From assembly GCA_937877025.1 (NCBI GenBank), contig CALEGE010000066.1, forward strand, positions 15,388 to 79,387: 64,000 nucleotides of DNA, written 5' to 3'. The notes below the pieces were generated by a model. That model made no database searches, was not told the DNA's origin, and worked only from the letters and a program-made list of their open reading frames with translations. A program made the translations under genes and the position numbers. Shown piece by piece: positions 26,681 through 36,199 of the stretch. Source of the stretch: an uncultured Spirochaetia bacterium (lineage in GTDB: Bacteria > Spirochaetota > UBA4802 > UBA5368). The first letter of the stretch is position 1. Each line of letters opens with the position of its first letter.

Positions 26681-28747
26681 TTATTTTGCGGACACCTTTT
26701 CGTTCAGCTTTTGAATGCTTGTGACATTCCTGATTTTTTTGATACGGGACGTTATTTCCTTGAGGTGATCAAGGCTTTTTACCTGAAGCACGAGTTTGAT
26801 CACGGCGTCGTCTTGCGAGAGAACCTGCGCTTCCACCTTCGCGATGTTCGTTTTGCACGTGGCAATAATATCGGCGATGTCTTTCAGCAGATTGGGGCGG
26901 TCTATCGCGTGGATGGCAAGCTTCACGGGATAGGTCGCGTCGGTGCTTTCCCATACGATATTGATGAAGCGTTCCGGTTCAAGCTTCAGCCGCGTAAGCG
27001 ACGGGCAGCTTTTCTTGTGCACGGTGATGCCCCGCCCCCTGGTGATAAACCCGATGACGTCGTCGCCGGGTATCGGCTGGCAGCACTGGGAAAGCCTGAT
27101 GAGCACATTCGTGTTGCCCTCTATTGAAAGGGCTGTTTTCTTCGGTTTGGAGATCGTTTTTATTTTAAAAAGCTCGTTTTCGGGTATGGCCACCTCGACC
27201 GTTTTCTCTTTTTTCGAGGGCTGTTCCTCGGCAGTCTCGGTCTTGGGAGAGGGGCGTTCCCGCCGCATCCAGTTGCGTATTTTATAACGGGCGTTCGACG
27301 TCTTGACGAATTTAAGCCACGCTTCGGAGGGGTGGCCCTTTTTGCTGGTGATGATCTCAATGATGTCGCCGCTTTTAAGCTCGGTCTTCAGCGGCACGAG
27401 CGTGTGGTTGACCTTTGCGCCGATGCACTGGTTGCCGACCTCGGTGTGGATGGCGTACGCGAAATCGACCGGCGTCGCGCCGGTCGCAAGCTTCACTATC
27501 TTGCCCTTCGGCGTAAAGACGAAAATTTCGTCCTCGTAGAGGTCCATCTTGAGCTCTTTCATAAATTCGCGCGGGTCGCCGCTTTCTGGGGACTCGGCGT
27601 GGAGCTTGTTGATGTTTTGCAGCAACGCGAAATTCCGGTACTCGCTGTCCTGTATTTTGCCCCCCTCCTTGTATAGCCAGTGCGCGGCGATCCCCATTTC
27701 GGCGGTTGCGTGCATCTCCCATGTGCGTATCTGAATCTCCATGGGATGCCCGTCGGGTCCGATAACCGTCGTGTGGAGCGACTGGTACATGTTCGATTTC
27801 GGCACGGCGATATAATCCTTGAAGCGCGCGGTGATGGGCGACCACAACGTGTGGATTATGCCGAGGATGCCGTAGCAGTCCCTCACATCGTCGGTTATGA
27901 TGCGTATGGCGCGGATGTCGAATATCGCCTCGAAGGTTTTATTCTGCAAAGTCATCTTTCTGTAGATGGAATAATAGTGCTTCACCCTGCCCGTGATTTC
28001 CGCCTTGATGGAAAGATTTTTAAGCTGCTGGTAGAGGATGAAGCGGATGTCTTCGATGAAGTCCTCGATCTCGTTTTTACGCTGGCTGACCCTGTCGGCG
28101 ATGTCGTGGTACGCGTCGTGATGCAGCACGTGAAACGCGAGGTCTTCAAGCTCGGCGCGCATCTGCGAAATGCCAAGCCTGCCCGCAAGCGGGGCGTAAA
28201 TATCGAGCACCTCGGTCGCGATCTGGCGCTGCTTGAGCTCCGGCTGAAACATTATTGTCCGCATGTTGTGGAGCTTGTCAGCAAGCTTGATAAGGATAAC
28301 CCGAACGTCTTTGATTGTCGCTATCAGCATCTTGCGCAGGCTGTACACCTGGTTGGTGTATTTTGTCTTTTTTTTCAGCGACGAAATCTTGGTGACGCCG
28401 TCGACGAGGTGCGCGATATCCTCCCCGAAGCCGTCTTTCAGCAGCTCGAGCGACACGACGGTGTCTTCAACGACGTCGTGAAGCAGCGCGGCGGCGATGG
28501 TCGTGGTGTCGAGTTTCAGGTTGGCCAGGATGATGGCGACCTCGAGCGGATGAATGATGTACGGTTCGCCGGAAAGTCGCACCTGGTCCTTGTGGGCGTT
28601 GCGCGCGTACTCGTACGCCTTCCTGATCAGGTCTGTGTCCGCGGACGCATTATGCGAGACGATCAGATGGATGAGAGTATCTATATCACGGCTTTTGATC
28701 TTAAGTTCAATTTCAGACATCAAGCAGTACCCGCCAAAAAACGACAT
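26681..28747 (-). CDS. rel: bifunctional (p)ppGpp synthetase/hydrolase Rel (RelA/SpoT family)
   Basis: HD hydrolase (HPLEVAIILANL ... LHDVVEDT), a synthetase domain (RVKHYYSIYRKM, GIIHTLW ... DYIAVPK) and TGS and ACT-like C-terminal domains. 688 aa. Confidence 0.9.
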   Translation of the reverse strand: MSFFGGYCLMSEIELKIKSRDIDTLIHLIVSHNASADTDLIRKAYEYARNAHKDQVRLSGEPYIIHPLEVAIILANLKLDTTTIAAALLHDVVEDTVVSLELLKDGFGEDIAHLVDGVTKISSLKKKTKYTNQVYSLRKMLIATIKDVRVILIKLADKLHNMRTIMFQPELKQRQIATEVLDIYAPLAGRLGISQMRAELEDLAFHVLHHDAYHDIADRVSQRKNEIEDFIEDIRFILYQQLKNLSIKAEITGRVKHYYSIYRKMTLQNKTFEAIFDIRAIRIITDDVRDCYGILGIIHTLWSPITARFKDYIAVPKSNMYQSLHTTVIGPDGHPMEIQIRTWEMHATAEMGIAAHWLYKEGGKIQDSEYRNFALLQNINKLHAESPESGDPREFMKELKMDLYEDEIFVFTPKGKIVKLATGATPVDFAYAIHTEVGNQCIGAKVNHTLVPLKTELKSGDIIEIITSKKGHPSEAWLKFVKTSNARYKIRNWMRRERPSPKTETAEEQPSKKEKTVEVAIPENELFKIKTISKPKKTALSIEGNTNVLIRLSQCCQPIPGDDVIGFITRGRGITVHKKSCPSLTRLKLEPERFINIVWESTDATYPVKLAIHAIDRPNLLKDIADIIATCKTNIAKVEAQVLSQDDAVIKLVLQVKSLDHLKEITSRIKKIRNVTSIQKLNEKVSAK

Positions 28748-28960
28748 TGCGTATGATATTGTAAAATATACTTACAGTTTTCACATTAATCAATTAATAT
28801 ACAGAGGGGGGTGCGGCTGGCAATCCCTTTTATTTTTTTTATCGTCCCTGGTGCGTGCGCCGTCTGAAAAAACATTAAGGGTATTGCCGCCTGTTCCGAT
28901 ATATGTAGTGATTGATACTACAATACACTCCCAGTATGTAGCATTGTGTTTACCAGGTTG

Positions 28961-28999
28961 AAGGCTTTTGCAAGAGTTTCTCTTGCAAAAGCCTTTTTT
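28961..28999 (+). terminator. orphan rho-independent terminator (plus-strand orientation) in a divergent intergenic region
   Basis: Perfect 16-bp stem AAGGCTTTTGCAAGAG / CTCTTGCAAAAGCCTT with a 4-nt loop, followed by TTTTTT. No annotated plus-strand gene ends here. Confidence 0.5.
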
Positions 29000-29081
29000 A
29001 TCATGATTCGCGGGTAAAAATTGCTGTTGACGACGCGGTTTTTTATATTGAAATGCGGTCAGCAAATCAGGATTGCGTGGA

Positions 29082-29699
29082 ATGATTTTTGTTATCAATG
29101 AACAGAATCCGCAGAAGCGGCTTATCCAGAAGGCGCGGGATATCCTCCTTGAGGGGGGGGTCATTATATATCCCACGGATACCGTCTACGCCTATGGCTG
29201 TGACATAAACGACAAGCGCGCCATAGAGAAAATATATCATATAAAAAAAATAGCGAGAAACAAGCCGTTGAGCTTTATTTTTTCCGATATCTCGGAGCTG
29301 CACGAATATGTGCGCAATATATCGGATACCTCGTTCAAGATAATGAAGAAGGCCTTCCCCGGCCCGTACACGTTTATATTCAAGGCCACCAGGCTGGTGC
29401 CGAAAATCGCGATTACCAACCAGAAGACCATCGGCGTGCGCATACCCGACAATAATGTCGCGCTCGATCTCGTTCGCGCCCTCGGCCGGCCGATACTGTC
29501 GGCCAGCGTGAACACGGGTTCCGGCGAATATATCATCCAGCCGTCCGATCTTGAAAAGGTGTACCGCAATGAAATCGATCTCGTTATCGACTGCGGGCCG
29601 AAGATTTCCGAGCCCTCGACGGTTATCGATTTCTCCGAAGGGGATGCGACAATAATCAGGAAGGGCAAAGGAGATCTGTTTTTTGCGGAAGAGGAGTGA
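29082..29699 (+). CDS. tsaC: L-threonylcarbamoyladenylate synthase (TsaC/YrdC/Sua5 family)
   Basis: YrdC-fold motifs: IYPTDTVYAYGCD, KIARNKPLSFIF, SASVNTGSG. Confidence 0.8.
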   Translation: MIFVINEQNPQKRLIQKARDILLEGGVIIYPTDTVYAYGCDINDKRAIEKIYHIKKIARNKPLSFIFSDISELHEYVRNISDTSFKIMKKAFPGPYTFIFKATRLVPKIAITNQKTIGVRIPDNNVALDLVRALGRPILSASVNTGSGEYIIQPSDLEKVYRNEIDLVIDCGPKISEPSTVIDFSEGDATIIRKGKGDLFFAEEE

Positions 29700-29732
29700 T
29701 GTCGTGCGATACTATACTATCAGGAGAACATC

Positions 29733-30059
29733 ATGTCAGATGAAATAATCAGTTTTTTGATGAAGCTGCTTGCCATTGTGCTGTATATCGGACTGGGGGC
29801 GCTTGTGTCGTGGATTTACTACAATCTCAAGAGGAAAGACCTCCTTGGCGGCTATATCGGCGGGCTCGTTGTCGGCGTGATTGGTGCGCTTATCGGCGGA
29901 TTCATTCTCGACAGGCTTTTGCTCGACATCACGATACGGGTCCTCCGATTTCTCGTGTACGATACGGGCGTTAACCTGATCGCCGGCTTTATCGGCGGCT
30001 ACGCGGCGCTGTATATAATGAACCGGCTTAACCACGACAAGGAGCGCCGCAAGTATTAA
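29733..30059 (+). CDS. GlsB/YeaQ/YmgE-family stress-response membrane protein
   Basis: 108 aa with repeated GxxxG helices (GGYIGGLVVGVIGALIGGFI ... IAGFIGGYAALYI). SD AGGAG. Confidence 0.7.
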   Translation: MSDEIISFLMKLLAIVLYIGLGALVSWIYYNLKRKDLLGGYIGGLVVGVIGALIGGFILDRLLLDITIRVLRFLVYDTGVNLIAGFIGGYAALYIMNRLNHDKERRKY

Positions 30060-31702
30060 GAATCGAAGCGGATCGCGCCTGTAATCGCGCCGGGCACGTT
30101 CGCGAGAATGTCGCCTGTTTCAGAGAGGTCGCGTAACGGCCTGCGCAGCACGAGATCGGATGCGCCTTTTTTGCTTATGCCGGGAAGCGTCGCAATCGCG
30201 CGCGCCGGCAGCGTGTTGATGGCGATAGGGAAGGGGAGGGCGAGCACCGACCTTTCCCTGTGTCCGGCCACAATGACATCGTGGAAGCTGCCCTGTTGAA
30301 GCGCTGTCGGGATTTTTGCCGTAATGGAATAACTCGCGATCTGTTTTCCGAGCGAATACTCAAACTGCCGGTCCTCTATGAATACGCCTTTCAGCACCGT
30401 CCCCACGGGATACACGCGCGTCAGCATGAAATGGTCTATTTCGTTGCGGATCCTGTCCCTGTAAAATTCGTAGCGGTTACGGACCGCGATCGTCGGTTCC
30501 CGGTAGCACGCCGCGAGCGGCGTGCCCGGGAACGGCATAATTTTGCGTATATTGATGCGTTTCACCAGCAGCCCCATATCGCGGATGCGCGCAAGCGATT
30601 CGTAATTCATTTTAAACGTGTCGGCGCTTTCCCCGATAAGGCCGTGGATAAGGTTAATGCCGGGGAGCAGCGCGGGAATGCCGTCGATCCGCGCGCCGCC
30701 GATTTCGTTGACGATGCGCACAACGCGGATGAGATCCTCCTCGCCGACCTTGAGGTTGTTACGGCGGATGACCGTGGGGTCGAAAGACTCAACGCCGAGC
30801 GCCAGCGTGTCGCCGGGGGTGATCGTGTTCGCGATGATCTCGAGTATCGCCGAAGATTCATCGGGGAAATTCGCGATGGTGCCGGGATTCGCGTTGTCGA
30901 TATTCAGCGTCGTAATATCGCCGCGATCGCGTAATGCCTTCAGCGCGGAAAAAAGGTCGGCCACGGGGGCAATTTCCGGGCGCGGGAAGCCGCTTCGATA
31001 TTCTCTGAATTCGGTTTTATACTGAAGGATGTCGGCCTGTCGCCCTATGCGGAAGCGCGATATTCCGGCCCCGATGAGTGCGCGCACCTCGCAGATCATA
31101 TCTTCCGCGTCGCGGAATTCCACGTCGTGCGTTACGCCCTCCGAACAGAACGAGCAGTGCTGAAGCCGCGGGCAGCCGCGGTACGACTCTATTTCGCATA
31201 TAAGATTTGGATAGCCGGGATGCTGCCGCACTACCTCCGCCCCGGCGGACGCCCACCGGCGCAGTTCGCCGTATGTGCGGCGCGTATCCACGGCCTGGCC
31301 GGCGCATATTCCGTGTGCAAATTTCTCGATATCGTGGCTTACACTGACGCAGTTGTCCGCGCCGTCCAGCAGTCGGCTAATCAGCCCGCCCGCAGCGAAT
31401 TTCTGCCGCCTGTTTTGGGCCATGATCTTGCGCACTTCGGGCGCCGTGCCGATTTTATGGCCGAGATATTTTCCGGGCACCACGGCGCCGCCGATGAGAA
31501 ACACCATGTCGTAGTCGTCGTCGAGTTCATAGCCGCTTTCACGAAGGGTTTCAATCGTGATGTACCGTATGGATTTTGCGTCAGCGCCGGCGTTGAGAAG
31601 GGCGCCGAAAACGTAACGGGGATAGGGGGATACGAACGGCGGCACGCCGAAGCATGCCGGTTCATCGACAAAGCAATCGAGAATGAGAAATTTTTTATTC
31701 AT
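30056..31702 (-). CDS. radical-SAM-like protein with N-terminal Rossmann/B12-binding-like domain and non-canonical CX5CX2C motif
   Basis: 548 aa. N-terminal MVFLIGGAVVPGKY Rossmann-like segment. Cysteine cluster GCPRLQHCSFCSEG (C-x5-C-x2-C, not the usual CX3CX2C). Downstream radical-SAM-core-like glycine-rich segments (TLALGVESFD; NLIHGLIGESADT). Confidence 0.55.
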   Translation of the reverse strand: MNKKFLILDCFVDEPACFGVPPFVSPYPRYVFGALLNAGADAKSIRYITIETLRESGYELDDDYDMVFLIGGAVVPGKYLGHKIGTAPEVRKIMAQNRRQKFAAGGLISRLLDGADNCVSVSHDIEKFAHGICAGQAVDTRRTYGELRRWASAGAEVVRQHPGYPNLICEIESYRGCPRLQHCSFCSEGVTHDVEFRDAEDMICEVRALIGAGISRFRIGRQADILQYKTEFREYRSGFPRPEIAPVADLFSALKALRDRGDITTLNIDNANPGTIANFPDESSAILEIIANTITPGDTLALGVESFDPTVIRRNNLKVGEEDLIRVVRIVNEIGGARIDGIPALLPGINLIHGLIGESADTFKMNYESLARIRDMGLLVKRINIRKIMPFPGTPLAACYREPTIAVRNRYEFYRDRIRNEIDHFMLTRVYPVGTVLKGVFIEDRQFEYSLGKQIASYSITAKIPTALQQGSFHDVIVAGHRERSVLALPFPIAINTLPARAIATLPGISKKGASDLVLRRPLRDLSETGDILANVPGAITGAIRFDS

Positions 31703-31730
31703 TGTAGCCGTTGTGTGTCCGCTGCGCGGA

Positions 31731-32285
31731 TCATCGTTTCAGTAGTAAATCTATCGCATATTCCATATCGACAGCCATGAAGCTGCAGATTTTTTTCTCG
31801 AGGGCAAGGATAAAATCCTTGTTTTTGATGATAAGCGCGGTGCGCTCGGGGGTTGTGCCGTATCGCGCAACCAGGTCGGCGACCCTTTCTTCGACGGTAA
31901 CGATCGCGTTGTGCATCACCCGCTTGTCGGCGTAATACACTATTTCTCGCTCTTCGAGCGCTCCGCCGGGAGAAAAATCCCTGAAGAACACATGCTGTTC
32001 TACAATATCGGCGACGCGCAGGTAGCCGAGTTCCCGCAGAAGCCTGGCCCCCGAAACATCATGCCGCTCCTTCGTTTCCAGCGACCTCGTTTTCGTGATA
32101 TCGTGCAGCAGCGACGCGGCTGCCACGAGATCCCTGTCGATGCGCGTTCCGGGAACAAGGTTGTCTGTTATCGCAAGTGAAACGTCCATCACCCTCATCG
32201 AATGTTCGATAATATTAGGGCGCATTGAATAGCGGTAAATCAATGCGCGGCATTCATCGAGAGAGGGTATGCTGTCCGGTTTCAT
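31731..32285 (-). CDS. HD-domain phosphohydrolase
   Basis: H ... HD motif (IIEHSMRVMDV ... AASLLHDITK ... YYADKRV). Start chosen at MKPDSIP so as not to overlap the upstream SET gene. Confidence 0.6.
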   Translation of the reverse strand: MKPDSIPSLDECRALIYRYSMRPNIIEHSMRVMDVSLAITDNLVPGTRIDRDLVAAASLLHDITKTRSLETKERHDVSGARLLRELGYLRVADIVEQHVFFRDFSPGGALEEREIVYYADKRVMHNAIVTVEERVADLVARYGTTPERTALIIKNKDFILALEKKICSFMAVDMEYAIDLLLKR

Positions 32286-32310
32286 GGCTGGCAATGGCCG
32301 CGACGGCCCC

Positions 32311-32904
32311 TCATTGCGTTTTGTGAGGCGCGGCCATTGCGGCGGGCGTCGCGTACGCGATATTGTGATTGATTTCAATAATAAAGGGCTCGCTGGTTCT
32401 CTGTTCCGGCACGCTGTTTATGACAAATTGTGGAACGATACCGAGATTGATGTAATGCTCGCGCGTGCTTTCCGGAAGATATTTAAAGTCGCGAACGCGT
32501 TTTCGGCAGTGAATGCTTTCGCAGTTGCAATCCATCTCCCAGTAATCCTCGTCCATCGACGTGGAATAATCGAAGGTAATTTCCTCTCCGCGCGCTATAG
32601 GGCGTATGGCAAAGAGCATCGCCTTTCCGTTACGTATAACCATGCCCGCATTCGGATCACAGCAGTGATTAATGTAATTATCGGCTGTTCTCGTCGGTCC
32701 GAGATACAGGTTTGTGTCAATCTGAAGAAAGTGATTGTTTTTCGGATTAACTTTTTTCAGGTATTCCTCTCTATTGTAAAGCTTCCCGCGAAATTCTATG
32801 ATAAATTCACCAATGGGAAAATCCCTGCTGGCAAATACCGATTTCCCCTTGCCGGTTGTCCTGATTAAAAGGTCAGGCAGAGGCTTTGCTGATTCTTCAT
32901 CCAT
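32311..32904 (-). CDS. SET-domain protein lysine methyltransferase-like
   Basis: Canonical SET motifs: NHCCDPN (pseudoknot motif), GEEITFDY, and a post-SET Cys cluster (CNCESIHCRKR). Confidence 0.75.
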   Translation of the reverse strand: MDEESAKPLPDLLIRTTGKGKSVFASRDFPIGEFIIEFRGKLYNREEYLKKVNPKNNHFLQIDTNLYLGPTRTADNYINHCCDPNAGMVIRNGKAMLFAIRPIARGEEITFDYSTSMDEDYWEMDCNCESIHCRKRVRDFKYLPESTREHYINLGIVPQFVINSVPEQRTSEPFIIEINHNIAYATPAAMAAPHKTQ

Positions 32905-33160
32905 AATGACATGTACCCCCTTATGTGCATAATAGTATTGCCCCGGTGCGCAATCACCGGGTCAAAAGCATGGAACTTTCGATTATCTCATATTGGACGG
33001 CGGAAAATTTTTTTATACATTAGAATCATTTTCTCTTTTCGATATGATTCTTTCCTGTTTTATACGGCGTTGCGGAAATTTACTCGATTGACATAATGCA
33101 TCTTGCATGTGAGGAACAATATGACGTGTAATTTGTCAATTTTATTTTAAGAGTAAATCG

Positions 33161-33199
33161 CCCCTTGCGGCAAAAAAATGAATTTTTTGCCGCAAGGGG
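33161..33199. repeat. perfect 17-bp-arm inverted repeat (CCCCTTGCGGCAAAAAA - 5 nt - TTTTTTGCCGCAAGGGG)
   Basis: Read directly from the sequence. Lies in the ~400-bp divergent region between the SET operon (minus) and the Fn3/TPR genes (plus). Confidence 0.5.
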
Positions 33200-33300
33200 A
33201 AAAATGCGCAATGATTCAGATTATAATTAATATATCAAGTGGGGCATGTGTTGTTCCGAAAATAATGTAAAGTAATATCTCCATGGATGATGATATTATA

Positions 33301-34809
33301 ATGAAAAAAATGAATGTTACATTCCGTGTTATAGCATGCGCGTGCATAATCGCGGTGTCGTATCCCGCAATGCTTGCGTCCAGGTTCCTTCTGGACGAGG
33401 AATCTGTCCGTACAGGCCTTACAGAAAAATCCGGTGATAGGAAGAAAAGTGAATTCCCGCCATACATCGTAACAAATATCAGCGCGCAGCTGATTCCGAA
33501 TGTAAAAGGCGCGGTGCGCGTCTCATGGGATGTGGATCCCGATTCCACCGACGAATTCATTGTTGGCAGGTCAGTGGAAATACCCGATACAAAAGAAAAA
33601 GCGCTGAACGCCTCGTCGATAAAATTGCTTCCCGCGGGCGCTCCAGGCATGATGATCGATTCGAATCTTGCGCCGGGCGCGTATTATTATGTGGTGTTAT
33701 CGAAAGAAAAGGCGCGAAACAGGGACGTCGAGATTTATCCCGACGTGAATTATACTTCCAGTCCCGTGATAGTGGAAAAAGAGGCCCCGCCCGAGCAGGT
33801 GCGGATGTTTCCGCCGCAGGTGACGCTCCTCCACGGCCATATTATCAATCAGACGCAAATTGACCTCTCATGGAAGGCCGTGGACGAGCCGGGTATAGTG
33901 TATACGGTGTATCGAAGTGGCGAACGGCTTGGCAGTCCCGAAGCGATACGGAAGGCCGAGCGCATTGCCGTGATTACCGAAAAACGCGAAAGCTATGTCG
34001 ATAAAAGCATTACGACAAGCGGCATGTATTTTTACGCGGTCACCACAAAGGATATTGCCGGCAACGAGGATTTGCAATTGATTCCCGACCAGAGCTATCT
34101 TGCCAACGGTCTCTATGTTACGTTTCGAACGCAGGCAATCATCAGCGGCCTGAAAGCGGGTTTATATGAGAACGACAGGGTAGAGCTTTCATGGCATGGA
34201 ATTAACGCGCCGAACATCGAGTATGTTGTGTACCGGCACGACAAACCGATTGCCGATGTACAGCGTCTTGCCCATTCGGCGCCTGTTGGCAAGGTCGGGC
34301 CGAAAATGACCTCATATATCGACAAGCCGCCGTTGCCGGGGACGTATTATTATGCGGTGCTGGTGCGGCTTGAAGACGCTACGATAGACAACACCCTCAG
34401 GGATGGTGAAAATTACACGGTGCTGCCAGTTGAAATGAAGCCGGCGCCGCACGAGCCCCCTGGCGCCGAAATAAAACCGCCAATTGTGAAGAAAGAGCCG
34501 GAGAAGACACCTGAGATAATGCCCGAAGCAGAGCTGCCGGCAACGCCGCCCATGGGCGTAGAGCTGATAGTGAAGGAGACGTTTTTCAAAGGGCGGTACG
34601 CATATGCGGTGAAAAAATTGAACAATGCGTTGAAAGCGACTGATAATGAGCGTGAAGCGGCGATGGCCAGGCTTTTCATCGGCAGGTCGCTGGTCGAGAT
34701 GAAACGGTACAGGGAGTCGCTGCCGTATTTTATAATGCCGGATGTAAAAAAACACTTTCCCGCCGAGGCGAATTTCTGGCGGGAATATGCCATATCGCGT
34801 GTCAGATGA
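33301..34809 (+). CDS. hypothetical exported protein with three Fn3-like repeats and a C-terminal TPR-like segment
   Basis: Signal peptide. Three ~100-aa repeats each ending in a G-x-YYYAV motif (GAYYYVVL, GMYFYAVT, GTYYYAVL). C-terminal helical TPR-like region. Confidence 0.4.
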   Translation: MKKMNVTFRVIACACIIAVSYPAMLASRFLLDEESVRTGLTEKSGDRKKSEFPPYIVTNISAQLIPNVKGAVRVSWDVDPDSTDEFIVGRSVEIPDTKEKALNASSIKLLPAGAPGMMIDSNLAPGAYYYVVLSKEKARNRDVEIYPDVNYTSSPVIVEKEAPPEQVRMFPPQVTLLHGHIINQTQIDLSWKAVDEPGIVYTVYRSGERLGSPEAIRKAERIAVITEKRESYVDKSITTSGMYFYAVTTKDIAGNEDLQLIPDQSYLANGLYVTFRTQAIISGLKAGLYENDRVELSWHGINAPNIEYVVYRHDKPIADVQRLAHSAPVGKVGPKMTSYIDKPPLPGTYYYAVLVRLEDATIDNTLRDGENYTVLPVEMKPAPHEPPGAEIKPPIVKKEPEKTPEIMPEAELPATPPMGVELIVKETFFKGRYAYAVKKLNNALKATDNEREAAMARLFIGRSLVEMKRYRESLPYFIMPDVKKHFPAEANFWREYAISRVR

Positions 34810-34842
34810 AATATATCATTTCGGGGTGAGGAGATCGATCCG

Positions 34843-36075
34843 ATGAAACCAAAATTGTTGCTGGGAATAGTATTGATACTGTGTGGGGCGGGCCTTTTTG
34901 TCTTTTACGACTACTATGTAAAGCCCGAAAAAGAGGCCCGGGAAATGATGGCGGAAGCGAAGATGATCTTCGAAAGAAGCGACCGCGATTCCATCAATCA
35001 GTCGATCAACATATTTACCAGGGTAATCGCGAAATATCCCTCATCGAGGCTGTTGCCCGAGGCATATTACTACATAGGGCAAAGTTATGAAAAAATAGGA
35101 CTTAACAGGCTGGCCTACCTGAAATATACGTATCTGCTTAAAAGCAACAGCCCCTACCTGTCCGATGATATACGGAAAGAAACGTTGATACGGCTTGCCC
35201 ATCTCAAGGTGTTGCAGCAATACTCGGAAGAGGGCGTCAATCAGTTGTACAACCTTCTCAGCGGCAATTTCAATAACGAGCTTCGGAGCCGTATTTATTC
35301 CGAGCTCGGCCATACGTATCTGAGGCTGGGAGAACTGCAGCGTTCAAAGCGCATGTTCGATATCTCCCTTTCCGAAAACGGCAGCAATGAAGAGGCGCTT
35401 CTTGGAAAGGCGCGCGCCTACAAGAAAATGGGCGAGGATAATCAGGCGTACGATCTCTACGAGTATTTTCTCAAGTATTACGGAGGCGTGTCACCATACG
35501 CCGGTGATGTGCGCACGGCATACAGGGAGCAGGCGTACCGCAGCGGCATGGACGCGTTCAGGCGTGGAAATTACAACACGGCCTCCGTATATTTCAGCAG
35601 GGTGTTGAAGAATTTTTCCGGGGATAAGATTTCCGAGAACTGTCTCTACTGGATAGGCGAATGCCACTTCGCCCAGAGGAAATTTGACACGGCGATTGCC
35701 TTTTTCGATCGCGCGCTGTCGAATTCGTTCACGCACAAGGACCAGGATGCGCAGATCAAGAAGGGGTATGCGTATTTTCTGAGCAAGCGCTTCGATCTCG
35801 CGGCCCGGGAATTCCAGACGTATCTGCGGAATTATCCCGATGGCAGGTATGTAAAGACGGCGCGTGAATGGAAAAGTATGAGCACAAAAGAATTGCTGTA
35901 CAGAATCGAAGAAAAACAGCAGCCTGATTCCGGTGAAAATACCGGGAAGATCCCGGAAGACTCCGGTAAGAAACCGGATAAAACCATCGAGGAGGATGAG
36001 GAAGTCGCCGGCGATTACACCGACAGCGTTCGCGGTGAGGATAAAATAGAACTTGAAAATGTCGCGGAATTATAG
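34843..36075 (+). CDS. tetratricopeptide (TPR) repeat protein, N-terminally membrane-anchored
   Basis: N-terminal TM, then repeated TPR-like units (AYYYIGQSYEKIG; ALLGKARAYKKMG; CLYWIGECHF; IKKGYAYFL). Confidence 0.65.
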   Translation: MKPKLLLGIVLILCGAGLFVFYDYYVKPEKEAREMMAEAKMIFERSDRDSINQSINIFTRVIAKYPSSRLLPEAYYYIGQSYEKIGLNRLAYLKYTYLLKSNSPYLSDDIRKETLIRLAHLKVLQQYSEEGVNQLYNLLSGNFNNELRSRIYSELGHTYLRLGELQRSKRMFDISLSENGSNEEALLGKARAYKKMGEDNQAYDLYEYFLKYYGGVSPYAGDVRTAYREQAYRSGMDAFRRGNYNTASVYFSRVLKNFSGDKISENCLYWIGECHFAQRKFDTAIAFFDRALSNSFTHKDQDAQIKKGYAYFLSKRFDLAAREFQTYLRNYPDGRYVKTAREWKSMSTKELLYRIEEKQQPDSGENTGKIPEDSGKKPDKTIEEDEEVAGDYTDSVRGEDKIELENVAEL

Positions 36076-36087
36076 ATAATGGCAAAC

Positions 36088-36109
36088 AACCCCGCTTGGA
36101 AGCGGGGTT
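36088..36109 (+). terminator. weak hairpin after the TPR gene (no U-tract)
   Basis: AACCCCGC-ttggaa-GCGGGGTT, 13 nt after the stop. No U-run follows, so an intrinsic terminator is doubtful. Confidence 0.25.
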
Positions 36110-36199
36110 GCTTAATGAAGACTTTACATACCATATCGTATTTCAGGGGGATTTTCCTGAAATATGCCGTACATTTATAATTCTGCTCAGAGGGGTATC

